Notes under the pieces: generated by a model
Database searches by the model: none
Told to the model about the DNA's origin: nothing
What the model saw: only the letters and a program-made list of their open reading frames with translations
Assembly (NCBI GenBank): GCA_964035545.1
Contig: OZ037769.1
Span: forward strand, 16,026,633 to 16,090,632
DNA length: 64,000 nt
Direction of reading: 5' to 3'
Origin: Bugula neritina
Lineage: Eukaryota; Animalia; Bryozoa
Made by a program: the position numbers and the translations under genes
Part shown: piece after piece, positions 27,783 through 41,120 of the stretch
How the letters are laid out: each line of letters opens with the position of its first letter
Position numbering within the stretch: position 1 is the first letter of the stretch

Positions 27783-30740
27783 ATTGTTGATTGACCGTAG
27801 TTTTTTAGCTGGTGTAACCTTTTACCATTGGCCTAGTTATACTAGGCTGAAATGGATAGAACTTTCCTCAGGATGTGAGCTTATCCTGATCCTAGTAAGG
27901 GTGTCTGCTGAATTAATGAGCATTTGTTTTCAGCTACTCCAAGTAGTATCAGCCAGTCTACAATCTTGTATAAAGCTCCAAAGGCTCCAGTTACAACGGG
28001 ATGACTTTTTTGATGTTTTCCAAAGGCGGGTTTATTCTAGTGCTAAATTCTGATATTTTCCTAACTTTTCGAATTTTTTTCTTTTACTCTGTAGTTAACA
28101 GGGACTGTGATATCAATTATCGTTGTTTCAGCATTATGCTTGTCAACTACTAATATATCGGGTCTCCTAACTTTGATGACTACGTCAGTGTGTATGTTAA
28201 AATCTTACAAGGTTTTCACATGATCATTTTCCAGTACTTATTCTGCTTGATGGCCGTACCAATTCTTACTTTTCTGAAACCCACGAAGTTCACACAACTA
28301 CTATTGAAATTATCAATGCCAAAAGGTTGTGTTTTTTTTTATATTCTCCTTCTGCTACCTTCTCAAACTCACTCAATACGTGCATCGAAGTTTTGTCTCT
28401 TGCGTTACACATTCCACACTTCTTGCTACCCTGTTCTCTCATCATAGCCACTTTATAATTTCTAGTAGTGAATAGTTGATTTTGCGCAGCTGTCAGCAGT
28501 CCTTCTGTTTCCTTTTTCAGCCAACCATACTTCAACCAGTTCCAGGAAAATGCTTTCATGTCTTCCACCATTTTGATGTATTGACCACGTGAAGCTTTTC
28601 TTTACACTCATCAGTTCTTTCTATCACTTTATCATTATTTAGTTCTACCGCCGTTCTGTCTTTTAGGAAGGTATTCAGTGTGGTGTTTCTATCAGTCTAT
28701 GTTATATTTATGTAGTCTGACATGCTGCAGTTTTCAATCTTTATGCATTTTTCAGTTGACAACATTCTTCTACCGCCTTCCCTTCTGCTAAAATACAGCC
28801 TGCCTACATCTGCTCTCGGATAGGGTGCACGGTTTGTCATTAGCTTCCTTGTCTTTCAGTCCATATTTTTTAGCTCATGAAACAGTTCAGTCAAGTATTC
28901 TAGCTGTGTAATGCACTGCTGTTACTGCCCATGTGTTTATTGCTTTGATTGTGTTCTCACCATTCAGTTTTGAATCCAGAACTTTTCTTATTTGTTTGTA
29001 GTACTCCTTGATCTTGTTTTTCATTTCATATATTTATATTCCATCAATCTCAAGAACTCCTAGATATTTATACGGCTTCTCACCCAGATCTTTGATTACC
29101 TGTTCATCAGGCAAACTGATTCCTGTGTCCTTAATTTTCTTTCCCTTTCTCATAACCAGTGTGGCACATTTTTTAATCCAAATTTCATTTCTATATTCCT
29201 TGTGAAGATCCCGGCAGTGTTTACCAAAGTTTCCAGTTCCCACTTTGATTTCCTATTTACCTTCAGGTCATCCACATATAGGAGATGGTTTGTTTTCTGT
29301 CTCGTCGAAATTTGCATCATTGAGCCGCTTCTGTCATGCGAATCGGTAGTTGGAGAAAAGGGATAGAGATAAAGAGTCTCCTTGGAAAATTCTTAGTTTG
29401 ATCTTTATTTCTCCTATCTTTTCTTCCAGGTATTTCAGTTGTGTTTTCCAGGTTTCATGCTTTTTCTTATCAACCTTATGACATTAATTGCTATTCCAGT
29501 TGTTTGCATCGTTTCTAAGATCTAATTTCCTTGTCTTTACATATGCTCCAATTTGTTGCTAACTTTATTTAGTCATTCTGCATTGGTATTATTTTTAGTT
29601 GGCTGACCCCATATATTTTATCAGAATGCTTTTGATTTCCTTGTCAGGTGCCTCTTTAGATGTACGTATTCATTTCCTCGTAATTCTTGATAAAAGCGCT
29701 TATCATTGTAAACATTGTGTTCTGATTATATTGATCAACTCATTCTGTATATCTGTTTATCTTCTGGCTTACAGCTCTCAGGTTTTGCTTCAGTTTTTCA
29801 ATCACTACACCACACTCTTTGTTCTTTATCCTATATTTTTCTTCAACCATTCTTCTCAATGAATCATTGTAAGCTCTACTTTTTCACTCTGCTATTTTAC
29901 TTAAGTCTGATCTAATTTTTTTTTATTTCTTCTGCAGTCGTATTTTCTATACTTGTACATTGTCAGTTTTTCTTTTTCCTTTTCGTTACACACTTGTTCT
30001 GTTACTATTTTTCGCACAAGCCATGGTGGTGTTATTAAGCTCAATGGTATTAATAATCTCAACACAGTTTAGCACATCATTAATCTGTTTTACTGCCTGT
30101 AGTAATTTGACCCTCTCAATGTGCCTAAGGGCTCTTAGTGTTGGTCGATCATTAGATAGTTTGTTATGCTCATTTATAATTTTTCTACTAACACTTTTTC
30201 TACCTCTGAACTAGGTACTCTTAAAATTCTCATGGCTGATTTATATGCTATCTCATGTTGTACTATAACATCCTCTATTTGCAAATTTAGCTCTTCATTA
30301 TCTTCTTCACCAATTGATGTGCCTAGTTCTTGCAAGGTTCCTTCTTCAATCTTATGGAGTTCTTCTTCCATAAAATGCTTGTGTTTCTTCATAGTTCTTG
30401 CTTAATCCGCTAGTTTCTATTCGCTGATGCTAAACTCTCCTCTGCTTTCCAGCGTTTGCACATTCTTTTTAAATAATTCTTTGATCCGGGTCTACAGAGC
30501 TCATACATTGTTTTTCTATGACCTCTCAATTTGGGTGTACTTTTGAAGCAGCATTTCATGACAACTTTGTTGTCTTCTCTTGAGTATCTTCTTCTAGTTG
30601 TGCCATTAACGGGTTGACGGCCGTAGGTTGCCTGGCCCTCCACATACCCACTGCCAGACGAGACATGCCATGTTTAGTTAGACATACCATTAACGTCGTT
30701 GGCTTTATTAGTTATATTTTAATGGATCATATTATTATTT
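27783..30740 (-). mobile_element. Degenerate R4/Dong-like non-LTR retrotransposon (RT + restriction-like endonuclease), outer copy; ends approximate
   Basis: Fragments across frameshifts: IFQGDSLS, NHLLYVDDLK, KKCA, YKYLGVLE, EGGR, ETEGLLTAAQ, CGMC, RPDILVVDK, IIDITVP. (TAA)n-type runs lie at both ends. Confidence 0.8.
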
Positions 30741-33700
30741 TTAATTATTATTATTATCACTATCAGTAGCAAATAAATAATTTTATATTTGTTATTAGTT
30801 ACTACTTATAGAAATTGAGTGCCACAGCTTGAGGGTTATAAAGTCAGTCTTAGTCAATGTAATGGGGATGCTGATACTGACATTTGGCTTCGAGCTCATA
30901 GTTAAATTGCTAACAACTATACCTAAGGATAACAGGAGTATTAAAATGTTAATTTATAAGGATTATAACCTTAGAGTGGAGATATTATTCTTAATTTATT
31001 TAGTTTTTACTTTACTAACTTTTATTTTATTCATCAACCTTACTGTCTATTTAAATAGCAAACTAAAGAATAATTATGAAGGCCTTTGAATTGAAGTACT
31101 TTTCTGTAGCTGATTAGATTTCAAGTATTAAAATAACATACTAAGACAGAATACCATTATATGAGCTAGATTAATAAAGTAAAGAAGATTTCTTTGTTAA
31201 TCAAAATATAGGTGTCACATATGCAGTATATATTTTCCTAGAATGTTGTTTAGAGACATAAAAAAACTGCCTATGCACAACATACTTTGCATCTGTTTAG
31301 TATCTCGTAATTAGACATAAAAAAATCAAAGCCAATTATAAGGCAAAAGACCATAATACTGTACTATCATTGGATAGTTCTTCATCAATAAACAGGTAGT
31401 CGCCAGTGGTGGATATGAACCCCTCCTAGATGTTTCTCGTATTTCTTCCTCAAAAAACATTTTCATTAAGCCAAAAAGAAATAACAATACACCTTTTTAG
31501 TTGACACTTTTTAATTTCTGACTGATATTTCACCTTATTTCCAATTATAATTAACTTTTAACCGGCACTTTTCTTTGTAGTAATTCCTACCCTTTAGACT
31601 GTGTACTTTGAAATGAGTCTGTTTTACTTGTTACATAAAGTATAGTTGCACTGGCTACAGGTTGACACAAAAGCAAGCCTATCTTGATAAAATCATGCGC
31701 AAATGTAGAAACTATCGAGGAGTTTGTTCCTCATAATTAGAAATTGACAAATTATTTTTAATCCGTTTAAAAGCATCTGGTTAGGGAAGCATATGCCGTG
31801 TTCAATTTGTTATTCTAGCATTAACAATAACAGAATGCAATAATTATAAGTTTATGAAAGTAATTTGTTTTGTTTCTAATTACAAATATAATATTTTAGC
31901 ATAATATATTGTAAATTTATAAGGCTTGCGTTAGGAATAACGCAGCTAAAACATCATTTTCCTTAAAGCCTTAAAAATATATAAGTATAACATAATACAC
32001 TATGCCAATAAACTTATTAAAGTACCAAGCAAGCTTAGCTAGTTTAAGAAAAATTACACTAGGTAAATTACCATTATTTATAGAATGCTTGCTGATATTA
32101 GCTTTTGATGTAATTAAAGTAAATTATTATTTATCTTTCTAGCTAAGGATTTCTTGCCGTAAGTTTTGCTTTTATGCATGGAGAAATGTCGTAACAAACG
32201 AGTTAAATTTTTATAGCACATAAAAATGTAATCTATAAGTCGAAGATATTTAAACTTAGCCATTAACTCATTTTAATTAGAAATGTAGCCTAAATCTAAT
32301 ACAATACAAAATATATACCAGTATATATAATATATTTTTACCATGCTGTTAATTACAGTATTTGTAAGACAAATTTTATGCTCATTAATTAAATGCAACA
32401 AATATTTATAAAATACTAATAATGTTGAATAAATAAATTCAATAATTCCTTTTCTATTTAAATGGCTGCATAATTTCTTGCAAGGTTGTATAAAGGAGTT
32501 GTGGCCCACCACTTATTATGTGTTCAATTGTCATATATGTCTTAGGAAGAAGAAAACTCCCCAAAAATTCTTAGTTTAAAAATTCTAGTATAATTAAAAT
32601 CACTTAATATATGTCTTTGAAATGCATTTTGCCACTCTGCAAAGTTGCAGGAACAAATATTGCATGAAGTAATAAATGATTTATGAAGTAATTAACAAAC
32701 CAATGTAAAAACTGTTGTTGTATATAGAACACAACATATTGATTTTCTTCAATTTCCACATCAAATCTATATATATTCAATTATATCTAACCAATGCTAA
32801 TAAACTAAACATGCATGCATACAAATATTTGCATCATGTGCAAGTAATATTAGCTAATTAGCAACTATAGCATTTTTTTCATTATCTTTATTGCTTGCAT
32901 ATGTCTAAGTATTATTAAAATAAGGTTTTTATTTGCAACTTTGCACCACAAATTACATAAAATCTAAAAACTTAAGTTGTGACATAGGGCTACCTATACA
33001 CAAATAGACCTTCATAAAACTCTCAATGATTTTATTCAACTCATGTATGCAAAAGTTTTGCTTTAAAACAATTCTTCTAAACCACCCTAGAGCAGGGAAT
33101 TATTACAAAAACAGCTTCTCATATATAATCTTTCCCCAGATTAATTTTTTTTCCTGTATTTAAACTAACTTTGCAAGTGAAGATTGTGATATCACTCAGG
33201 TAATCACATATATATTATTCATAGCTGTAATACTTTAGCAATGAATAGATCATGTTTAATTTCCACTCTACCTAGCAGTTTTTCAGAATTATAGAGCTAT
33301 GTATATCGTGAAATTGGAATAGCCTAATAGTTTTACATGTGTTTATAGCTAGTCAAGTTAACTTAAAAAGCTTACAATAATTAGATGATATTTGCATTCT
33401 TTTGAAGGTTATGGTGAAGCTACTGCAAAACTGGCCATTAGTTTAGCGTAATATGCAATGCCACGCAAAAGCATGCCAAACAAGCAATGTTTATTTACCT
33501 TACCAGTGCAATTTTATCACCTTAAACACAAAAGCAAGTACAAAATACACATCCATATTAGATTAACTGTCAAGTTAAAAAAAGACAACATATATTCATG
33601 AGCTGGTTCTGTTTGCACAAGTACAATTTAGACCAGCTTATTATTTAGATTGCCACAAGAATATGACATAAAATATGTCTTTAATCATTATTTTGATATT

Positions 33701-36279
33701 CACTGGTTGAAGATATTTTTTATATCCTAATATGTAAATATTGTACATAAATCTTAAAAATTAACTAGGTGAATAAGGAAAACTGCTAATTTTATGAAAC
33801 TGTTATGTTAATAAAGACAATGGCTATCAACAAATCCCACCAGACCACAAACTAATTGTAAATACTAAAGCAATTATATAGTTCTATGTGTTGATCTAGC
33901 CTAGTCAATACACCACAAATATGTATTATGACATACCACATTTTAAGTACTGGGTTACCATTTATTCTAATGGGTATTTGTTTAAACTGTTATATACAGC
34001 TTTTTGCACTACCAATATACAAGCCAGTTGTTATTCTGTCACTTTTTATCTACATCTCTTTTTAATGCCAGTTACTTGTTAGCTTCAGTACAAACAGCTA
34101 AACATTCTACTCTACAGCCAATCTTACTGTTAACTCTTGTTTAACAATATTACAAGAATCTAAAAATTTGGGTGTGTTTTAAGTATAATAGTCTATCATT
34201 ATAACTTTTAAATGAAACAATAATATGATAAATGCATTATAAATTTCTGAAAAGTTTGTTTGCAAAGTATATGTTTTTGGAAAATAGTTTTACAACATTT
34301 GCTAGGAGCATTACATTTATTCCTATCTAAAATAATTTTGTTTGAACTGCTATGTTTGTAATCATGTAATCAGAAGTAAGGCATCAGTAAAATGAGTATA
34401 AGTAGAAGCTTGACAGCTACATTAGGCATTGCTACATAGTACATAAATGTATGGCCGTATTAAATACTTAGCTGCATTCACAGATAAATGCATGGCTTGG
34501 AATTACAATACCATGAATACATTATTTATTTAGCTGGGTAACTATACAATTATGCCAAAGTGAAAAGCCTTTGGTTATTAATGCCTGAAATGTCTAACAA
34601 TCTACTTGGGAGACCACCTTGTTGTTACAGAGTGAATGAGTTATTTGTTTGGCATTTGGATGATGGCACAAAGAAAGGCTATTTGGTTTGTTACTTGAGA
34701 CTAGTAGCAAACTGCTACAGTCATAGCATCTTAGAAGATTTTGCATCACTTGCATCACTGCGTACATTATTTTAATGTAGCTATTGAAATTAATATCTCA
34801 CTGAAAACACAGTATTGCAAAATCTTAAGCTGTACATAATTATATTATGCATCAAAAAGTACTTCTGCTATTCGACTATCCCAGGTTTATTTTAAACTAG
34901 CACTGCCAAAGTGCCTTGACTCTATTACAGTGTTTACTAGCTAATTTTGTTCTTCTCAATAGTGAAATAGATCTATTGCAAGAAATTAATGACTAGATAT
35001 AACAATAATGATTTTTAGGCAAGACTTTCGCATCTATATTGCTCATCTGCTAGCTTGAAATACCCCTCTCCTTGGACTAATCTCAGGCATTTCATTGTTG
35101 TTTAAACAGTTTTTAAACTCCTATTTCAATAAATCATTACCAACACTGCCTGCATGTATTAATATTCATTAGTGCCATCAATGCACTGTGGAGACAGCAC
35201 CTGATGTTCTGTATATTACATTATAGTACAGAGATACTAAATCCAAAACATCTAAAATAATTGATGCTTCTACCAGATTTTTAGCACACCTATAATATGT
35301 ATTCCTGTAGTAAATATTAATAAGATGTTTTAACTGATAGTTTTTATGCCATTATAATAGTTTGATACTATAACTACAACTTGAAACTCTTTAACCAGCA
35401 CATTGGTTAGTAATATTGCTTCTTGATATTTAATTGCTGGTTCACAAACTATCAATAATAGGGATGCATATCAAAACTTGACTGCATTCATAATATGATT
35501 TTATTGCTAGGTAATGACTAAGCATGTCTGGCTGATATGAGGTGACTATTTTGTACACTGTTTAACAACATCAGCTTTTTGGGTTCATTTAAAGCATCTG
35601 CAAATCTGTATTATACATAATTACTGTTAGGGCCAATTAATTAAATTGTTAACCCTGAAATGCTTTTTACACTGTAATACTAAGTAGCAAAAGACATGTA
35701 TATATATATAAACTGATTGTAATTTATACATAACATTGTACATTTAAAAAAACTCACAAAATACATAATTTATTAGCTAAATTTCAAGGCGTTTTGTAGG
35801 TAGTGGGTTAATGTCAATAAAGTAGAATCCGAGAAGTTGAGTAGCTTTATTTAAGAGGAAGGCTCTCCAACAGTTCTACCAAAGCCTAAATAACATGTAA
35901 AAAATAAAGGTTATATGCACAATTTTTTTTCCAAAACAGCCTGCAACTGTTTTGCTATTGCATATGCCCTATGCCATTCATCAAGTGGAACAATTTTAAC
36001 CAGGATATCTAGAAAAGTTGACACAAGGGCTTTATAAACTATGTTACAGTAAAACTGTGAGTAGAAATTAATTGACACTAATGAATAATGCTTTAGGTGC
36101 TGGCAACAACCATAAAAGAAAAGTTATATAACAAACAAATAGAAAAAGCACTAAACAAATCAACAGCATTATATACAATTGGGGCACATACATGAAAACA
36201 GCAGCTAGTGTCATTTTCTTAAGACAGCACTATTTTAGGTGTAAATTTGAGAAGTATTAGAAAATGCAGAAATTTACTG

Positions 36280-36690
36280 CAATTGGTTCATTTTATTTAA
36301 GTTAGTACATACTGAAGATCTCAAGTTTTTGCTAATGAACATGAGTTTTGGCCCGAAACTAAAAAAATATCAATAAATACACCTAAATAATCAAGGCTCT
36401 TCTTAATTTTCTTTGATTTCCTATGCTTTTTTCTAATTACAGCAACTTCTGACTCCGGATCGCCACGGTTAGTTTGTAACAGTAGGCAATCCAAATGAAA
36501 TGAATAAATAGGAAAAAACATGAGAAATCATGCAAAATTAAGAAGAACCTTGATTATTTAGGTGTATTTCTTGATGTCTCACTAATTTTAAGCAAAAAGC
36601 ATTGTTCATTAGCAGCTAAATTGTAAAAATGGCTAAAAACTGCAGATTTCCAGTGTGTACTAAATTAAATAAAAGGACTCAATCACCTTT
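36280..36690. repeat. Old imperfect inverted repeat (MITE-like relic); mirrored at about 52165-52580
   Basis: AAATACACCTAAATAATCAAGG.TCTTCTTAATTTT (about 36375-36410) pairs with AAAATTAAGAAGAACCTTGATTATTTAGGTGTATTT (about 36534-36569). Weaker pairing extends outward. No TSD was resolved. Confidence 0.6.
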
Positions 36691-38729
36691 GCAACATAAT
36701 TCAATTATTGCATGGTCAAGCAGAATAAACTACAATTAACAGCAACAACAGTGTAATAGTTGCGTAGAAAAGTTGTACTGCAAAAAACTAAAAGAATGCA
36801 AAATCTATAAATGTGTGCTACCAAGTAAATGCTGAACAGACATCATGAAATAGTGTACGAAATACAAACTATTAAACTTACCTGTTGATCTAATGCAGCC
36901 AAAACCTTAAGCTTAGAGTAGTGGAATGGTGCTGTTCGATGTTGATATGCTACAAGTAGCTAAGATGACTCAAATTCTTGCCTTTAGGAGTAAGAGGCCT
37001 CAGCTCAGTTTCAACAAAACTTCCAATAATCTCAACGGATGCGCTCAATTAGGAGCCACAACAAAGCACACCCATGTCATTTTAGTAAACTCTAAAAAAT
37101 GAACGGAAATAAAACTGTTAGAGAGTAAACAGAGAAACATATAGTGATGGGGGAAAAACCTGTCAGCAAAGGTTATATACACTCATAGTCATAACACGAA
37201 GAAAAAGATAATGAATAACAAGCTATTCAAGATGACACAAGAAACCAAACAAATTTCTTTGACTAAAAAATATAATTAAATACTATATTACTTGGCAAAA
37301 AATATTTGTTTTGAACAACGTATTATTGGGAAGAATTGCCAGTGTCTTAAATTTTGAGATTAAAGTTTCTGCCTTATAGCAGAAATAGAGAGGCAATCAA
37401 TAGTGTACAAAACATGTTTTCAGTCATTGGCTGTTGACTAAGTTGACAAAGGTAAAGAAAGCTTCCATATCATTATTTATTTTGTTCTCAAGTGTGTGGT
37501 TACAGTTTCATGAGTCAGAAATATAATTATTTGAGATATGAAATCAAATGTAGTCAAAAGAGTGTCATACAATTTAAAATGTAGTAATAGAGCTTTGACA
37601 ATAATTTCTTCTGCTAAGTAAAACAGGTACCATTATGTGCTACTTATCTTTTAGAGATGAACATCAAGGATGTTGAAAACAAAATAGTTGTAAATTACAG
37701 CAAATACCTTTCTACTTACCTAACCAGAGAAAATAAGTTTTCAACCTTGCATGCACTCAGCTGGTTTTCAATGTTTGGATCAGTGACATCTTTATAACTG
37801 ATAGCAGCATTATGTGATAGCTTTAGGAATTGTTACCTTAAATATAAATTATATAGAACAAGAAGTGCAAAAATATGGCATTAGTACTCATTGCACAATA
37901 CACACTTGCTAGAGTAGCTAATCTAGCATCACATTAATTTAAGAAAGACAAAATTTTTTTTACTGTTCACAAATGATGAATATTAAAATTTGAATAATTA
38001 GACAAATTAACAATGATATTGATGTTAGTTCAAACATTACTAATGGTAAACACCAAAATACTAATAGGAATAGTCATGTTGACATCAATTAGAAAAGTAA
38101 AGATAATTTGAAAATGAGACAGTTTATAGGTCTAACTCTTATAGTTGACAAGCAATTACAGGGCAGTCATATTGATGTAGGCTACCCTCAAAATGTAGCA
38201 CTTTAAAAATATTAAAAAGAAAGCACATATAAGAACATAATCTTAAAAATAGGCATATGTGACACCTATATTTTGATTAACAAAGAAATCTTCTTTACTT
38301 TATTAATCTAGCTCATATAATGGTATTCTGTATTATAGTATGTTATTTTAATACTTGAAATCTAATCAGCTACAGAAAAGTACTTCAATTCAAAGGCCTT
38401 CATAATTATTCTTTAGTTTGCTATTTAAATAGACAATAAGGTTGATGAATAAAATAAAAGTTAGTAAAGTAAAAACTAAATAAATTGAGAATAATATCTC
38501 CACTCTAAGGTTATAATCCTTATAAATTAACATTTTAATACTCCTGTTATCCTTAGGTATAGTTGTTAGCAATTTAAGTATGAGCTCCAAGCCAAATGTC
38601 AGTATCAGCATCCCCATTACATTGACTAAGACTGACTTTATAACCCTCAAGCTGTGGCACTCAATTTCTATAAGTAGTAACTAATAACAAATATAAAATT
38701 ATTTATTTGCTACTGATAGTGATAATAAT

Positions 38730-41120
38730 TAAAAATAATAATATGATCCATTAAAATAGAACTAATAAAGCCAACGACGTTAATGGTATGTCTAACTAAA
38801 CATGGCATGTCTCGTCTGGCAGTGGGTATGTGGAGGACCAGGCAACCTACGGCCGTCAACCCATTACTGGCACAACTAGAAGAAGATACTCAAGAGAAGA
38901 CAACAAAGTTGTCATGGAATGCTACTTCAAAAGTACACCCAAATTGAGAGGTTATAGAAAAACAATGTATGAGCTCTGTAGACCCGGATCAAAGAATTAT
39001 TTAAAAAGAATGTGCAAACGCTGGAAAACAGAGGAGAGTTTAACATCAGCGAAGAAAAATATAGGATAAAGAACAAAGAGTGTGGTGTAGTGATTGAAAA
39101 ACTGAAGCAAAACCTGAGAGCTGTAAGCCAGAAGATAAACAGATATACAGAATGAGTTGATCAATATAATCAGAACACAATGTTTACAACGATAAGCGCT
39201 TTTATCAAGAATTACGAGGAAATGAATGTACATCTAAAGAGGCACCTGACAAGGAAATCAAAAGCATTCTGATAAAATATATGGGGTCAGCCAACTAAAA
39301 ATAATACCAATGCAGAATAACTAAATAAAGTTAGCAACAAATTGGAGCATATGTAAAGACAAGGAAATTAGATCTTAGAAACGATGCAAACAACTGGAAT
39401 AGCAATTAATGTCATAAGGTTGATAAGAAAAAGCATGAAACCTGGAAAACACAACTGAAATACCTGGAAGAAAAGATAGGAAAAATAAAGATCAAACTAA
39501 GAATTTTCCAAGGAGACTCTTTATCTCTATCCCTTTTCTCCGACTACCGATTCGCATGACAGAAGCGGCTCAATGATGCAAATTTCGACGAGATAGAAAA
39601 CAAACCATCTCTTATATGTGGATGACCTGAAGATAAATAGGAAATCAAAGTCAGAACTGGAAGCTTTGGTAAACACTGCCGGGATCTTCACAAGGAATAT
39701 AGAAATGAAATTTGGATTAAAAAATGTGCCACACTGGTTATGAGAAAGGGAAAAAAAATCAAGGACACAGGAATCAGTTTGCCTGATGAACAGGTAATCA
39801 AAGATCTGGATGAGAAGCCGTATAAATATCTAGGAGTTCTTGAGATTGATAGAATACAAATATATGAAATGAAAAATAAGATCAAGGAGTACTACAAACA
39901 AATAAGAAAAGTTCTGGATTCAAAACTGAATGGTGAGAACACAATCAAAGCAATAAACCCATGGGCAGTAACAGCAGTGCATTACACAGCTAGAATACTT
40001 GACTGAACTGTTTCATGAGCTAAAAAATATGGACTGAAAGACAAGGAAGCTAATGACAACAAACCGTGCACCCTATCCGAGAGCAGATGTAGGCAGGCTG
40101 TATTTTAGCAGAAGGGAAGGCGGTAGAAGAATGTTGTCAACTGAAAAATGCATAAAGATTGAAAACTGCAGCATGTCAGACTACATAAATAAAACATAGA
40201 CTGATAGAAACACCACACTGAATACCTTCCTAAAAGACAAAACGGCGGTAGAACTAAATAATGATAAAGTGATAGAAAGAACTGATGAGTGTAAAGAAAA
40301 GCTTCACGTGGTCAATACATCATCAAAATGGTGGAAGACATGAAAGCATTTTTCTGGAACTGGTTGAAGTATGGTTGGCTGAAAAAGGAAACAGAAGGAC
40401 TGCTGACAGCTGCGCAAGATCAACTATTCACTACTAGAAATTATAAAGTGGCTATGGTGAGAGAACAGGGTAGCAAGAAGTGTGGAATGTGTAACGCAAG
40501 AGACAAAACTTCGATGCACGTATTGAGTGAGTTTGAGAAGGTAGCAGAAGGAGAATATATGAAAAAACACAACCTTTTGGCATTGATAATTTCAATAGTA
40601 GTTGTGTGAACTTCGTGGGTTTCAGAAAAGTAAGAGTTGGTACGGCCATCAAGCAGAATCAGTACTGGAAAATGATAATGTAAAAACCTTGTAATATTTT
40701 AACATACACACTGACGTAGTCATCAAAGTTAGGAGACCCGATATATTAGTAGTTGACAAGCATAATGCTGAAACAACGATAATTGATATCACAGTCCCTG
40801 TTAACTACAGAGTAAAAGAAAAAGATTCGAAAAGTTAGGAAAATATCAGAATTTAGCACTAGAATAAACCCGCCTTTGGAAAACATCAAAAAAGTCATCC
40901 CGTTGTAACTGGAGCCTTTGGAGTTTTATACAAGATTGTAGACTGGCTGACACTACTTGGAGTAGCTGAAAACAAATGCTCATTAATTCAGCAGACACCC
41001 TTACTAGGATCAGGATAAGCTCACATCCTGAGGAAAGTTCTATCCATTTCAGCCTAGTATAACTAGGCCAATGGTAAAAGGTTACACCAGCTAAAAAACT
41101 ACGGTCAATCAACAATAATA
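38730..41120 (+). mobile_element. Degenerate R4/Dong-like non-LTR retrotransposon, inner copy (about 580 bp internal deletion)
   Basis: Reverse complement of 27783-30740. RIFQGDSLS near 39500, NHLLYVDDLK near 39602, ETEGLLTAAQDQ near 40388, RPDILVVDK near 40735. Confidence 0.8.

Noticed and set aside
30829-31089. Hydrophobic 86-aa ORF preserved in both giant copies (also 38390-38650), and other paired short ORFs
   Set aside because: Preservation reflects recent duplication of AT-rich DNA. Many have non-ATG starts and none shows domain evidence.
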